This document shows positions 1-9,494 of a stretch of DNA of 64,000 nt, in pieces. The stretch is from Candidatus Berkelbacteria bacterium (lineage in GTDB: Bacteria > Patescibacteriota > UBA1384 > JACPKC01): positions 67,541 through 131,540 of the forward strand of contig JACPKC010000010.1 in NCBI GenBank assembly GCA_016187225.1, given 5' to 3'. Below the pieces are notes generated by a model. That model did not search any database, had not been told where the DNA came from, and saw only the letters and a program-made list of their open reading frames with translations. Made by a program: the position numbers and the translations under genes. The first letter of the stretch is position 1; each line of letters starts with the position of its first letter.

Positions 1-484
1 CTTTGGGCAGGGTGTTTCTGTGACGCCGATGCAAATCGTGCGAGCCTGGGCGGCGCTCATCAACGGTGGCAAGCTTGTCACGCCGCATGTCGTCAAAGCG
101 GTAACGGGTGAGCGTTCGATCACTCTCGCCGCCGATGCGCCGATTAAAGAAGGCGTAATTTCACAAGAAACGAGTTCCAAAGTTCGTGGTATGCTTGAAT
201 CGGTAGTTAAAAATGGCCCATATGGCCGCACGCGCATTAAGGGTTATCGGATTGGCGGTAAGACCGGCACAGCTCAAATTGCCTCCGATCAAGGCGGCTA
301 TTCTGAGACCGATTACACCCATTCACTGATTGGGTTTTTTCCAGTTGATGAGCCCAAATTTCTAATCCTCGTAAAACTTGACAAGCCTAAAAACGCCGAA
401 TTCGCCGAAAGTACTGCCGGTCCTATCTTTCACGACATTGCTCAATATCTTTTTGGCTACTATAAGATCCCGCCCACAGAATGA
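1..484 (+). CDS. ftsI: Penicillin-binding protein transpeptidase, C-terminal fragment (FtsI/PBP2-like); 5' end lies outside the window
   Basis: KTG active-site box (GGKTGTAQIA); sits at the head of the dcw cluster directly upstream of murF; stop overlaps the murF start (ATGA). Confidence 0.65.
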   Translation, partial: FGQGVSVTPMQIVRAWAALINGGKLVTPHVVKAVTGERSITLAADAPIKEGVISQETSSKVRGMLESVVKNGPYGRTRIKGYRIGGKTGTAQIASDQGGYSETDYTHSLIGFFPVDEPKFLILVKLDKPKNAEFAESTAGPIFHDIAQYLFGYYKIPPTE

Positions 485-1647
485 GTATGAAAAAATTTGC
501 TAAATACATTCTTGAAAGCTTGCTTGCCTGGGGTGCGCATCGAACGATTAGGGTGCAAAAACCCTTGATTATCGGCATCACAGGCAGTTCTGGCAAAACT
601 AGCACTAAAGATGCTATTGGTCATGTGCTCAAATACACATTACACGACCGTGAAATAAATGTTGCGGAGGGCAATTTGAACACAGAATTTGGTTTGCCGT
701 TGGCTGTGCTTGGCCTGTCTAAACCAGAAACTAAACTTACTTGGTTGGAGGCTGGAATCAACGCTCTCTTGCTGGGCATGAGTCCAGTGCGCACGTCGCG
801 TTCGCCAATCTTAGTTTTGGAATATGGCGCCGAACAGCCCGGAGATATTCACCGTCTGGTTAAATTTGCCCGTCCCGATATTAGCGTGGTGACGAACATC
901 GGCGAAGCGCACACCGCCTTTCTCGGGTCGATCGAGGGAGTCGCGAAAGAAAAATCTTGGCTAGTCAAAGCACTGCCTAAATCCGGCATTGCAATTTTAA
1001 ATGGAGACGACAAGCGTGTCTGGGCAATGCGAGAATTTACACACTCAACGGTCGTTAAAGTGATAGGCAAGGGGCAAGATTTTGCTCGGTCAGCCGCACT
1101 TGCGGTGGCTGAATACGGTTTCGGAATTCAGGCGAAGAGTGCGCGCGCGGCGCTCAAAAGTTGGGAACCACCAGTTGGGCGGCTTCGCCTGCTAAAAGCG
1201 GTTAACGGCGCTTGGCTGTTAGATGATACCTATAACGCCAACCCGCTTTCAACCACTCTCGCTTTGTCTGAACTCGGACGTTTAGGGCGAGAGAAGAAGG
1301 CTAAGCGTTTGGTTGCGATTTTGGGCGATATGCTCGAACTTGGCTCTGAAGAACACCGGGCGCATCAGGGCATTGCTTTGCTTGGCGACCGGGTGGCTGA
1401 TCAACTCATTCTGGTCGGACCACGTTTTCGTCGAACTAAACTGGGAATCTGGTTTCCTGGCCCTATTCCAGCGGCCGCGTTTGTGCTCTCGCAAATTCAA
1501 AAAGGGGATTTGGTTCTCGTGAAAGGTTCGCAGAGTATGCGGATGGAAAAGGTAAGCGAAAGTTTGCTCGCCAATCAGCGTGAATCAAATCAGGTTCTTG
1601 TGCGCCAGACACGCTATTGGAAACAGAAACCGTACATTGCGCCCTGA
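481..1647 (+). CDS. murF: UDP-N-acetylmuramoyl-tripeptide--D-alanyl-D-alanine ligase (MurF), short N-terminus
   Basis: P-loop ITGSSGKTSTKD; GNLNTEFGLPLAVLGL matches the MurF NxxIGxPLT box; lies immediately before mraY as in canonical dcw clusters. Confidence 0.7.
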   Translation: MSMKKFAKYILESLLAWGAHRTIRVQKPLIIGITGSSGKTSTKDAIGHVLKYTLHDREINVAEGNLNTEFGLPLAVLGLSKPETKLTWLEAGINALLLGMSPVRTSRSPILVLEYGAEQPGDIHRLVKFARPDISVVTNIGEAHTAFLGSIEGVAKEKSWLVKALPKSGIAILNGDDKRVWAMREFTHSTVVKVIGKGQDFARSAALAVAEYGFGIQAKSARAALKSWEPPVGRLRLLKAVNGAWLLDDTYNANPLSTTLALSELGRLGREKKAKRLVAILGDMLELGSEEHRAHQGIALLGDRVADQLILVGPRFRRTKLGIWFPGPIPAAAFVLSQIQKGDLVLVKGSQSMRMEKVSESLLANQRESNQVLVRQTRYWKQKPYIAP

Positions 1648-1671
1648 CGCACGCCTGTTTAGGATGTAAAT

Positions 1672-2700
1672 ATGGAAAGTATCTCGCTTGCAATTAGTGA
1701 TCTCGCCTTTGTTTTTTGGCTCACAACGCTTTCATTTTTGGTAGCGATCGCCTTGACGCCCATCTTAACTGACTATCTCTATACTCATCGAGTTTGGAAG
1801 CAAATTAAAGACACGGCAATAACAGGTGAAAAGGCGCCGGTATTCTACAAACTGCATAAAGCCAAACAGGCGCGCAGGATCCCGACAATGGCAGGCATCT
1901 TAATTTGGGGCGTGGTTGCGCTGGTCACCTTGCTTTTCAATCTTGATCGTGCCGGAACTTGGCTCCCACTCTTTACCTTAGCGGCTGCCGGCGCGCTTGG
2001 CTTAATCGATGACTATATTAATATTCATGCTGGTAAGACAGGGATCAAGGGTATTCGATTTTGGCTCAAGCTTGGTCTTCAGCTCTTAATCGGCATCGTT
2101 GGCGCGTGGTGGTTCTACTCTAAACTCGGTTTTGATGTGCTCCATGTGCCTGGAGTGGGTGACTTTTCGATTGGCTGGCTATATATCCCACTCTTTATTT
2201 TAGTCATTATTTCATCTGCCAATGCAGTGAATATTACTGATGGTCTAGATGGTCTGGCGGGCGGTTTGTTGGCGATCACATTTACAGCTTACGCCGTTAT
2301 TGCGCTGACAGAAGGCAAAATCGAACTCGCTGCCTTTTGCGGTACAATCGTTGGCGCAGTTCTAGCCTACACATGGTTCAATATTCATCCAGCTCGTTTT
2401 TTTATGGGCGATACCGGTTCGCTCGCGCTTGGAGCAACTTTGGGTGTAGTTGCAATGCTTACCGATACCGCCTTACCTTTAATAGTGATCGGCGGTGTGT
2501 TTGTCGCTGAAACATTTTCAGTCATTCTTCAGCTGGTTTCTAAAAAGATTTTTGGACGGAAAATTTTTTTTTCGACACCCATTCATCATCATTTCGAAGC
2601 AATTGGTTGGCCCGAAACTAAAGTTACGATGCGATTTTGGGTGATCGGAGCTGTTTTTGCCATCCTTGGTCTCGTCATCGCTCTTTTTGGTCGAGGTTAG
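1672..2700 (+). CDS. mraY: Phospho-N-acetylmuramoyl-pentapeptide transferase MraY
   Basis: NAVNITDGLDGLAGG and MGDTGSLALG motifs; multi-TM; conserved dcw position. Confidence 0.9.
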   Translation: MESISLAISDLAFVFWLTTLSFLVAIALTPILTDYLYTHRVWKQIKDTAITGEKAPVFYKLHKAKQARRIPTMAGILIWGVVALVTLLFNLDRAGTWLPLFTLAAAGALGLIDDYINIHAGKTGIKGIRFWLKLGLQLLIGIVGAWWFYSKLGFDVLHVPGVGDFSIGWLYIPLFILVIISSANAVNITDGLDGLAGGLLAITFTAYAVIALTEGKIELAAFCGTIVGAVLAYTWFNIHPARFFMGDTGSLALGATLGVVAMLTDTALPLIVIGGVFVAETFSVILQLVSKKIFGRKIFFSTPIHHHFEAIGWPETKVTMRFWVIGAVFAILGLVIALFGRG

Positions 2701-2732
2701 AACTCTAGGTTGAGTTAACGTATAATAGTTAC

Positions 2733-4109
2733 ATGTTTCCCGATAGATTGCGACAGAGTCGAATCGGTATTTTAGGTTTTGGCGTGAATAACCGCGAATT
2801 GGCTCGTTGGTTAGTTCGTCATGGCGTTTCTAAATTAACAGTTTATGACGAAAATCCGGCCGTTACAGATGCACTTAAACGCCTTGGTCTGACTTCGATT
2901 CGAGTAGTTGCTGGCCCCGGCGCTTTCAAAAAAGTCGAAGCTGACGTTGCCTTTCGTTCACCTGGCATTCCACGCCATCGCCCGGAGTTTCAAGCGGCGC
3001 TTAAACGCGGCGTTGAAATCAGCTCGCAAACCGACCTTTTTCTAGAGTTTTGCCCGGCTCAAGTGATCGGTGTCACAGGAACAAAGGGCAAGGGGACAAC
3101 AAGCTCTCTTATAGCGCACTTGCTTGCCCAGGAGAAAAAATCGGGCGCCCTTCACTTGGCAGGAAATATCGGTCAAGATCCTTTTGAATTTTTAGATGCG
3201 CTGACAGCTCAAGATCGAGTCGTGTTAGAGCTTTCCAGCTTTCAATTAATCGATTTAAAGCATAGTCCAAGCGTTGCCGTGGTTTTGGCGGTATCGTCGG
3301 ATCATCTGGATCACCATTCAACACGTGAAGAGTATGTTGGCGCGAAGCAGAATATTGTTAAATACCAAAAATCGGACGACCTCGTGGTACTAAATTTAGA
3401 TAACGCAACCGCGCTCGCGTTCGGCGCCGCAACGCGCGCGCGCGCTTATTACTACTCGATCCGCAAAAGCGTCGATGTCGGCGCCTTCTATTCGAAAGAG
3501 ACAATTTATTGGCGTCAGCTTGGTCAGGAAATTCCGCAAGTTGTGGCGCACAGTGAAGATGTGTCTCTTATTGGAGAACATAATCGTCTAAACGTAGTCG
3601 CGGCGCTTACAACAGTGTTGGCTCTTGGTTACTCTCAAGATAAAATCGCGAGCGCCTTGCGTTCCTTTCCAGGTTTGTCGCATCGTCTCGAACTTGTTGC
3701 CGAGGATCAAGGCGTACGTTGGTACAACGATTCTTACGCCACCATTCCTGAAGCGACCATTGTCGCGCTCAATAGTTTTCAAGCGCCGATCCATCTCATC
3801 GTCGGCGGTTCGAATAAAGGCGCCGAGTGGCATGAATTGGGTGAGGCAATCGCGCATAGCCAAGTTAAGCAACTTTTAAGCATCGGCGAGACCGGGCCAA
3901 AGATCGCTGATGCGGCCCTGGAGGCTGGCTACGACAAAGCCCGGATTTTTGATGCCATAACCCTTGAGGCGGCTTTGCGACAAGCGCGGTCTCAAGCAAA
4001 ATTTGGTGATGTCGTTCTGCTTTCGCCAGCTTCGGCGTCGTTTGACCAATTTAAGAATGCCAGTCAGCGCGGTGAGATTTTTAAATCCTTGGTCAGAGGT
4101 CAAATATGA
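2733..4109 (+). CDS. murD: UDP-N-acetylmuramoylalanine--D-glutamate ligase MurD
   Basis: GVTGTKGKGTT P-loop; Mur ligase fold; dcw order mraY-murD-ftsW. Confidence 0.85.
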   Translation: MFPDRLRQSRIGILGFGVNNRELARWLVRHGVSKLTVYDENPAVTDALKRLGLTSIRVVAGPGAFKKVEADVAFRSPGIPRHRPEFQAALKRGVEISSQTDLFLEFCPAQVIGVTGTKGKGTTSSLIAHLLAQEKKSGALHLAGNIGQDPFEFLDALTAQDRVVLELSSFQLIDLKHSPSVAVVLAVSSDHLDHHSTREEYVGAKQNIVKYQKSDDLVVLNLDNATALAFGAATRARAYYYSIRKSVDVGAFYSKETIYWRQLGQEIPQVVAHSEDVSLIGEHNRLNVVAALTTVLALGYSQDKIASALRSFPGLSHRLELVAEDQGVRWYNDSYATIPEATIVALNSFQAPIHLIVGGSNKGAEWHELGEAIAHSQVKQLLSIGETGPKIADAALEAGYDKARIFDAITLEAALRQARSQAKFGDVVLLSPASASFDQFKNASQRGEIFKSLVRGQI

Positions 4110-5242
4110 GCTTGTCGCGTTTCCGTGGTTCGAATCGCGACAAGGTTGATTCTTGGTTGCTTTTGAGCGTGCTCATGCTCGTCGGCGTCGGTTTGATCAT
4201 GATTTCATCAGCTTCAGTCGTGCTTTCATCAGAATACTTCGGCTCGAATTATGCCTATTCAAGCAAACAACTCCTACATTTTGGAATTGGTCTAGTCGCT
4301 CTGATTGTCGGTGTACTGGTTGACTATCGTCTATGGCAACGTTTAGCGCCGGCTCTTCTTGGCGTCATAATTCTGTTATTGCTTGCCACCCATATTCCTG
4401 GGTTGGCGCAAACTGCTCAAGGCGCCCAGCGCTGGATCGAACTTGGGCCGATCCAATTCCAGCCTTCGGAACTTGTCAAGATCTTTGCAATTCTTTACTT
4501 TGCCGCTTGGCTCGCGGCAAAAGGCAGTCATTTATCGAGTTTAACGCGAGGCCTTGTGCCATTTATCACCGTCCTCGGGGTGATTACTTTGCTTATTTTC
4601 GCTCAACCCGATGCTGGGACCGCGATGGTGATTCTATTTACGGTAACGACGATGTATTTTATTGCCGGTGCGCCTTGGATGCATTTGTTCTACGCAGGAA
4701 TTTTAGGCGGTAGTTTGTTTGGGCTCTTGATTCTTTCGGCGCCATATCGGCTTCAGCGGTTTTTGGTGTTTTTGAATCCCTCTGAAGAAACTCTCGGCGC
4801 CGCTTATCACATCAACCAGGCTCTCCTTGCGATCGGCGCCGGCGGCATGTTTGGCGTGGGTTTCGGCCAGAGTAAGCAGAAATTTCTCTACTTACCCGAA
4901 CCGCACACTGATTCAATTTTTGCAATTACGATTGAAGAACTTGGTTTTTTGCGGGCAATGTTAATCGTTGCTTTGCTTATTTTCGTAATGTTGCGGGGTT
5001 ATCAAATCGCCCGGGTGGTTCAGGATCCTTTTGGTCGTTACGTTGCCGTAGGGATAACAAGCTTGATTGCCATTCAGACATTTATCAATATCGGAGCCAT
5101 GTTAGGTCTAATGCCGCTGACGGGTGTCACCTTGCCATTTATCAGCTATGGCGGTTCCTCGTTAATCTCCTTGCTTTTTGGAGTTGGGATTCTACTTAAT
5201 ATCTCTCGACAAGCAGTTTTGATCCCGAAAGGAATGCATTAG
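4106..5242 (+). CDS. ftsW: SEDS-family peptidoglycan polymerase FtsW
   Basis: About 10 TM segments; SEDS motifs (GAMLGLMPLTGVTLPFISYGGSS); placed between murD and murG. Confidence 0.8.
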   Translation: MSLSRFRGSNRDKVDSWLLLSVLMLVGVGLIMISSASVVLSSEYFGSNYAYSSKQLLHFGIGLVALIVGVLVDYRLWQRLAPALLGVIILLLLATHIPGLAQTAQGAQRWIELGPIQFQPSELVKIFAILYFAAWLAAKGSHLSSLTRGLVPFITVLGVITLLIFAQPDAGTAMVILFTVTTMYFIAGAPWMHLFYAGILGGSLFGLLILSAPYRLQRFLVFLNPSEETLGAAYHINQALLAIGAGGMFGVGFGQSKQKFLYLPEPHTDSIFAITIEELGFLRAMLIVALLIFVMLRGYQIARVVQDPFGRYVAVGITSLIAIQTFINIGAMLGLMPLTGVTLPFISYGGSSLISLLFGVGILLNISRQAVLIPKGMH

Positions 5243-5259
5243 ATGTGTTCCTCAATAAC
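5242..5259. repeat. Copy d (reverse orientation) of the recurring start-proximal element (GATGTGTTCCTCAATAAC)
   Basis: 22/26 match to the reverse complement of the murG/radA upstream element; immediately follows the ftsW stop codon. Confidence 0.6.
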
Positions 5260-5377
5260 CTTTATGTCTAAATCGTCTCGAATTTGGCTAAACCAAACGC
5301 TTGCCTCGGTCAGTGTAACTCTCGTTACGTCTCTCTCGGCTTTCATTCGTTTCGCTCAAATTCAAACCAATTTCGAG

Positions 5378-5406
5378 CATGAAATTATTGGGGAACACAT
5401 CTAATG
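5378..5406. promoter_or_regulatory. Copy a of the 29-nt start-proximal element CATGAAATTATTGGGGAACACATCTAATG, ending in the murG start codon
   Basis: 27/29 identical to the block ending in the radA start codon; forms an inverted pair with copy d, bounding a ~160-nt unit. Confidence 0.7.
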
Positions 5407-6480
5407 AAGCGCATGATCGTCCTTGCCGGCGGGGGAACCGCCGGACACGTTTACCCGGTTTTAGAAGTGATACAGGCGTTGAGAAACTTAGACCCACTGC
5501 TAGATTTTGCTTATATCGGAAATCAGACTGGCCCCGAGAGTCAGTTGGTGCGAGCAGAGCAGGTGCCATTTTATGGCATTCCGGCCGAAAAACTTCGGCG
5601 TTATTGGGATTGGCGCACCTTTCTTCTACCCTTTCGAATTTTCAAAGGCACAGTCGAAGCCTTTGGGCTTTTAAGGATGTTAAAAGCGCAAGCGGTATTT
5701 TGTAAAGGCGGTTATGTGTGCGTGCCAGTTGCCTTAGCCGCTCGCTTCTTGCGTATTCCGATAATTTTACATGAGACGGATTCGATCATGGGACTTTCAA
5801 ATCGCTTAGTGGCGCCTTTTGCGCAAGCGGTTGCAATTAGTTTTCCACGGCCATCACTTATCGAAGCTGGTAAAAATACGCGCATCGTTTATACCGGTAA
5901 TCCAGTCCGACGAGAATTTTTTTCTCAAAAAAAGATCGAGCGTGTCGATGATCGTCCCTGCCTTGTCATAGTTGGTGGTTCGCAAGGCGCACATGCAATT
6001 AATTATTTCATTCAAGTGATTTTGCCCAAACTGCTCGAGCGCTATCGAGTGATTCATATTACGGGGCCCCAAGAGTTTTCAAATTTCCGTCAATTTACTC
6101 GCACAGATGTTTACGAGCCGGTTGCTTACGCCGAGAAAATCGTTGATCTTTTAGCGCAGGCGGATTTAGTTATCTCGCGCGCTGGTGGCACAATCTTCGA
6201 ATTGGCCGCTCTCGGCAAGCCGACAATCTTAATTCCAATTCCTAATTCAGCCAACAATCATCAGCGCGTGAATGCGGAAATTTTACTAAGTCGCGGGGCG
6301 GCGGTTATGCTGAATGAGCGTCAGCTTCAGCCCGCTCAACTTCTGAAAGAAATTACTACCCTTTTTCGAGATTCGATGCGTCGACAGAAGATGGGTGAAC
6401 GGATTCGAGAATTTGCTAGACCAAATGCCGCCCAAGATGTGGCGACTTTAATTTTAAACTCGATCGAGGACCGAGCATGA
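5404..6480 (+). CDS. murG: Undecaprenyldiphospho-muramoylpentapeptide beta-N-acetylglucosaminyltransferase MurG
   Basis: GGGTAGHVYP N-terminal glycine-rich loop; GT28 fold; dcw context. Confidence 0.85.
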   Translation: MKRMIVLAGGGTAGHVYPVLEVIQALRNLDPLLDFAYIGNQTGPESQLVRAEQVPFYGIPAEKLRRYWDWRTFLLPFRIFKGTVEAFGLLRMLKAQAVFCKGGYVCVPVALAARFLRIPIILHETDSIMGLSNRLVAPFAQAVAISFPRPSLIEAGKNTRIVYTGNPVRREFFSQKKIERVDDRPCLVIVGGSQGAHAINYFIQVILPKLLERYRVIHITGPQEFSNFRQFTRTDVYEPVAYAEKIVDLLAQADLVISRAGGTIFELAALGKPTILIPIPNSANNHQRVNAEILLSRGAAVMLNERQLQPAQLLKEITTLFRDSMRRQKMGERIREFARPNAAQDVATLILNSIEDRA

Positions 6481-7733
6481 GATATCATTTAATCGGCATT
6501 AACGGTTCGGCCATGAGCGGGTTGGCTGAAATTTTGCGTGGTTTTGGCCATACAGTAACCGGCTCCGATCTTGCAACTACCGGCCACAGCGCAACTAATG
6601 TGACTGGCGCCGAGCGGGTTATTTACACACCCGCCATTCGCGAGTCATCTCCGGGTTGGGTTGAACTTGCAGTGGCGCGAGCACAAGGGCTTGAAATCTT
6701 GCGCGCCGATGAGCTTCTTGGAGAACTTACACGGGACGCCAAACTAATTGCCATCACGGGCACACACGGCAAGTCAAGCACAACAGCGATGGTTGCTAAA
6801 ATCTGTGTAGACTTGGGTCTAAATCCGACTGTCCTAATTGGCGCACCCATTCCTGCTTGGAAAGGAAGAAACTATCGACTTGGCAATCCAAAGTTTTGGG
6901 TGCTTGAGGCGGACGATTACGATCGTAAATTTTTGACCCTTACGCCTGACATCGCCGTCGTGACCAATCTTGAGGTTGAACATTTGGACGTTTATCGAGA
7001 CCTCGCCGATATTCAATCCGCGTTCGCGAATTTTTTGCAGAAGGTCAAGGTTGATGGCACAATTATTGCTCATACTGAATCCACGGTCGACGAAATTTTG
7101 ACGAATCTTCCGGTTAGAATTATTCATTATGGAGGGGCAAGCGATGAGTATGTGCCCGCACTTTTGCCAAAACTTAAAGTTTTAGGCGAACACCAGCGCT
7201 TAAATGCCACGGCCGCGCTCGCTGTTGCTGATGCACTTGGTCTCGATCTAGGCGTAGCCAAACGATCTTTGGCGGGTTTCACTGGAACAGGGCGACGATT
7301 AGAGTATCTGGGTGAAAAAGCGGGTGTGCTCTTTTATGATGATTATGGTCATCATCCAACAGAAATTCATGTAAGTTTATCTGCCCTGAAACAAGCATTT
7401 CCCAACAGACGTTTGGTTGTTGCTTTTCAAGCCCATCAGCATAGTCGAGTCAAAGCTTTGTTTAATAGTTTTACCAAGGCTTTTAGTAATGCAACGGTCG
7501 TTTACCTTATCGATATCTATACAGTTCCCGGTCGTGATGAAAATGTTTGTGTGGAGACGCAAGACCTTGCCGCGGCTATTAGTGCCGCTGGCACAGAAGC
7601 GCGCTATCTTGGTTCTTTGCAAGATCTCAAACGCGTGTTGCCCACCCTTGTGGATAGAGGCGATGTGTTTTTAACTTTGGGCGCGACCGATATTACGAGA
7701 GTCGGTCGAGATTGGTTGGGGAAAGATAAATGA
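6477..7733 (+). CDS. murC: UDP-N-acetylmuramate--L-alanine ligase MurC
   Basis: ITGTHGKSSTTAM P-loop; Mur ligase; ATGA overlap with murG. Confidence 0.85.
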   Translation: MRYHLIGINGSAMSGLAEILRGFGHTVTGSDLATTGHSATNVTGAERVIYTPAIRESSPGWVELAVARAQGLEILRADELLGELTRDAKLIAITGTHGKSSTTAMVAKICVDLGLNPTVLIGAPIPAWKGRNYRLGNPKFWVLEADDYDRKFLTLTPDIAVVTNLEVEHLDVYRDLADIQSAFANFLQKVKVDGTIIAHTESTVDEILTNLPVRIIHYGGASDEYVPALLPKLKVLGEHQRLNATAALAVADALGLDLGVAKRSLAGFTGTGRRLEYLGEKAGVLFYDDYGHHPTEIHVSLSALKQAFPNRRLVVAFQAHQHSRVKALFNSFTKAFSNATVVYLIDIYTVPGRDENVCVETQDLAAAISAAGTEARYLGSLQDLKRVLPTLVDRGDVFLTLGATDITRVGRDWLGKDK

Positions 7734-8713
7734 ACCAGCTTTATTCTAAACTTCAGCAGGAATTAAATGATCTCAAAGTTAATGAGTCGCTTGCACTTTT
7801 TTCCTATATGAAAGTTGGCGGTTCGGCTGATTATTTATATACAGCACGCACAACGGACGACCTGATCCAAGCTCTTCGCCTGGCGCGCAAATTTAATCTT
7901 CAATGGACAATTCTCGGCGGCGCAAGCAACGTTGTCATTTCCGACCAGGGGATTCGCGGTCTCGTAATTCGCAACCTCACCAATAATACTGGTTTTATCG
8001 TCGATGAAGGGCGAGCGATTGTCGATTCAGGTTTAAGTCTCGCGCGTTTTATTATGCTCGCAGCTCAACACGGCTTAGCTGGGCTCGAACCGCTTTACGG
8101 CATTCCAGGTACAGTCGGCGGCGCTCTCTATGGCAATGCTGGCGCGCATCAGACATCTATTAGCGATTATTTAGCTACCCTGACTGTTCTCACTGAAGCA
8201 GGTGAGATTGAGCAGTATGATAAGAGCTGGCTTAAACCTGAATATCGAGACACGGCGTTGAAATCCGCTCGCGCTCGGGGCGTAAAATCTGGCCCTGTAA
8301 TTTTATCGGCTCAATTTCAGTTGACACAGGCTAAACCTGAAGTGATTCTGAAACGCATTCGTGAATTCAATAGTTGGCGACTTGAGCATCAGCCGATTGG
8401 CGAACCGTGTTGCGGCTCTGTTTTTCGAAATCCCGATCCAAAAGTAAAAGAAAAAACAGCCGGTTTCCTTTTGGATACCGCAGGTGCTAAACAACTTAAG
8501 AATGGCGGGGCGCATGTTTCAAAGAAACACGCCAACTTTGTTGTTCACGATGGTACAGCAACCGCGTTTCAAATTAGAACACTCTTCGATAGAATGCGAG
8601 CACTTGTCCAAACCCAGCACGCTATCGCACTTCAGGAAGAGATTGAATATCTTGGCGACTGGAGCCTGACAGCTAAAGAGGGGAGTCACGATGCCCCAGC
8701 CGAATTGGCGTGA
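7730..8713 (+). CDS. murB: UDP-N-acetylenolpyruvoylglucosamine reductase MurB
   Basis: FAD-binding GGSADYLY / ILGGASNV motifs; dcw context. Confidence 0.8.
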   Translation: MNQLYSKLQQELNDLKVNESLALFSYMKVGGSADYLYTARTTDDLIQALRLARKFNLQWTILGGASNVVISDQGIRGLVIRNLTNNTGFIVDEGRAIVDSGLSLARFIMLAAQHGLAGLEPLYGIPGTVGGALYGNAGAHQTSISDYLATLTVLTEAGEIEQYDKSWLKPEYRDTALKSARARGVKSGPVILSAQFQLTQAKPEVILKRIREFNSWRLEHQPIGEPCCGSVFRNPDPKVKEKTAGFLLDTAGAKQLKNGGAHVSKKHANFVVHDGTATAFQIRTLFDRMRALVQTQHAIALQEEIEYLGDWSLTAKEGSHDAPAELA

Positions 8714-9485
8714 GCGTTATCGTCATCCTAAAATTTATCGCGCTACACCGACCTATGTCCAGCCGGTTAAGATTCGGCTTGACCCAAAATTAATCGGCAT
8801 GTCAGTCGGGTTGATTCTTTTCAGTGGTTTAATTTGGCTTATTCTCTTCTCAAAATTATTTATGATTCAGCAAATCGATATCGTCGGGACTGTTACGCCA
8901 GAAGTCCAAACCGAAATCACCAATCTGTATGGTAAAAATCTTTTAACTTATTCATCTGGCGGCATGGAGCGACGGCTCAAAGAGGCGCAATCATCAATTC
9001 GCGAGGTTCAGGTTTACAAAGGGCTACCTCGGACCTTGCGAATTGAAATTGCCGTTCGAACGCCGATCCTCGCTTGGCGATCCGGTGATACCACCTATCT
9101 TTTAGATGAACAGGGGATTGCTTTTCAAGCAGGCGTTGGTGTCGCAGTTGACGAACAAGGCAAATCGCTTATTACAGTTGTCGATAATTTTCGTCAGCCG
9201 ATTGTTTTGGGTAAACAGTTAGTCCGCCGCCAATTTATTACGATGGCAGCTGAATTGAGTCGCACTTTTCCAGTCCAATTCCCGTTGATAATTGATCGAT
9301 TGGAAGTTGGGCAAACCACTTTTGAACTCGTTGTTGTTACAAATGCCGGCTGGAAAGCGTATTTTGATACCACGCGTGATCTTGAGCCTCAACTCGAATC
9401 ACTTAAAAAAATCTTTGAAAACTTTCACGATGCAATTAAAGAGTACGTTGATTTACGCATCGTGGGTCGCGCTTATTATAAATAG
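8691..9485 (+). CDS. ftsQ: Cell-division protein FtsQ/DivIB-like (single TM plus POTRA-like region)
   Basis: N-terminal cytoplasmic tail, one TM, periplasmic beta-rich domain; sits after murB as in dcw clusters. Confidence 0.55.
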   Translation: MPQPNWRERYRHPKIYRATPTYVQPVKIRLDPKLIGMSVGLILFSGLIWLILFSKLFMIQQIDIVGTVTPEVQTEITNLYGKNLLTYSSGGMERRLKEAQSSIREVQVYKGLPRTLRIEIAVRTPILAWRSGDTTYLLDEQGIAFQAGVGVAVDEQGKSLITVVDNFRQPIVLGKQLVRRQFITMAAELSRTFPVQFPLIIDRLEVGQTTFELVVVTNAGWKAYFDTTRDLEPQLESLKKIFENFHDAIKEYVDLRIVGRAYYK

Positions 9486-9494
9486 GAGGACAAG

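Noticed and set aside
4333-4713. 126-aa + strand ORF inside ftsW in another frame (also 3625..3879 and 3964..4149 inside murD)
   Set aside because: These are internal out-of-frame ORFs within well-supported conserved genes, with Arg/Cys-rich composition, and are likely non-coding.
5265-5402. 45-codon ORF (MSKSSRIWLNQTLASVSVTLVTSLSAFIRFAQIQTNFEHEIIGEHI) spanning exactly between the two inverted copies of the start-proximal element
   Set aside because: The in-frame stop is created by the element itself, and the equivalent frame at the radA copy has no stop (KIIGEHIEW). It is probably incidental, but it is noted in the motif finding in case it is a small leader peptide.
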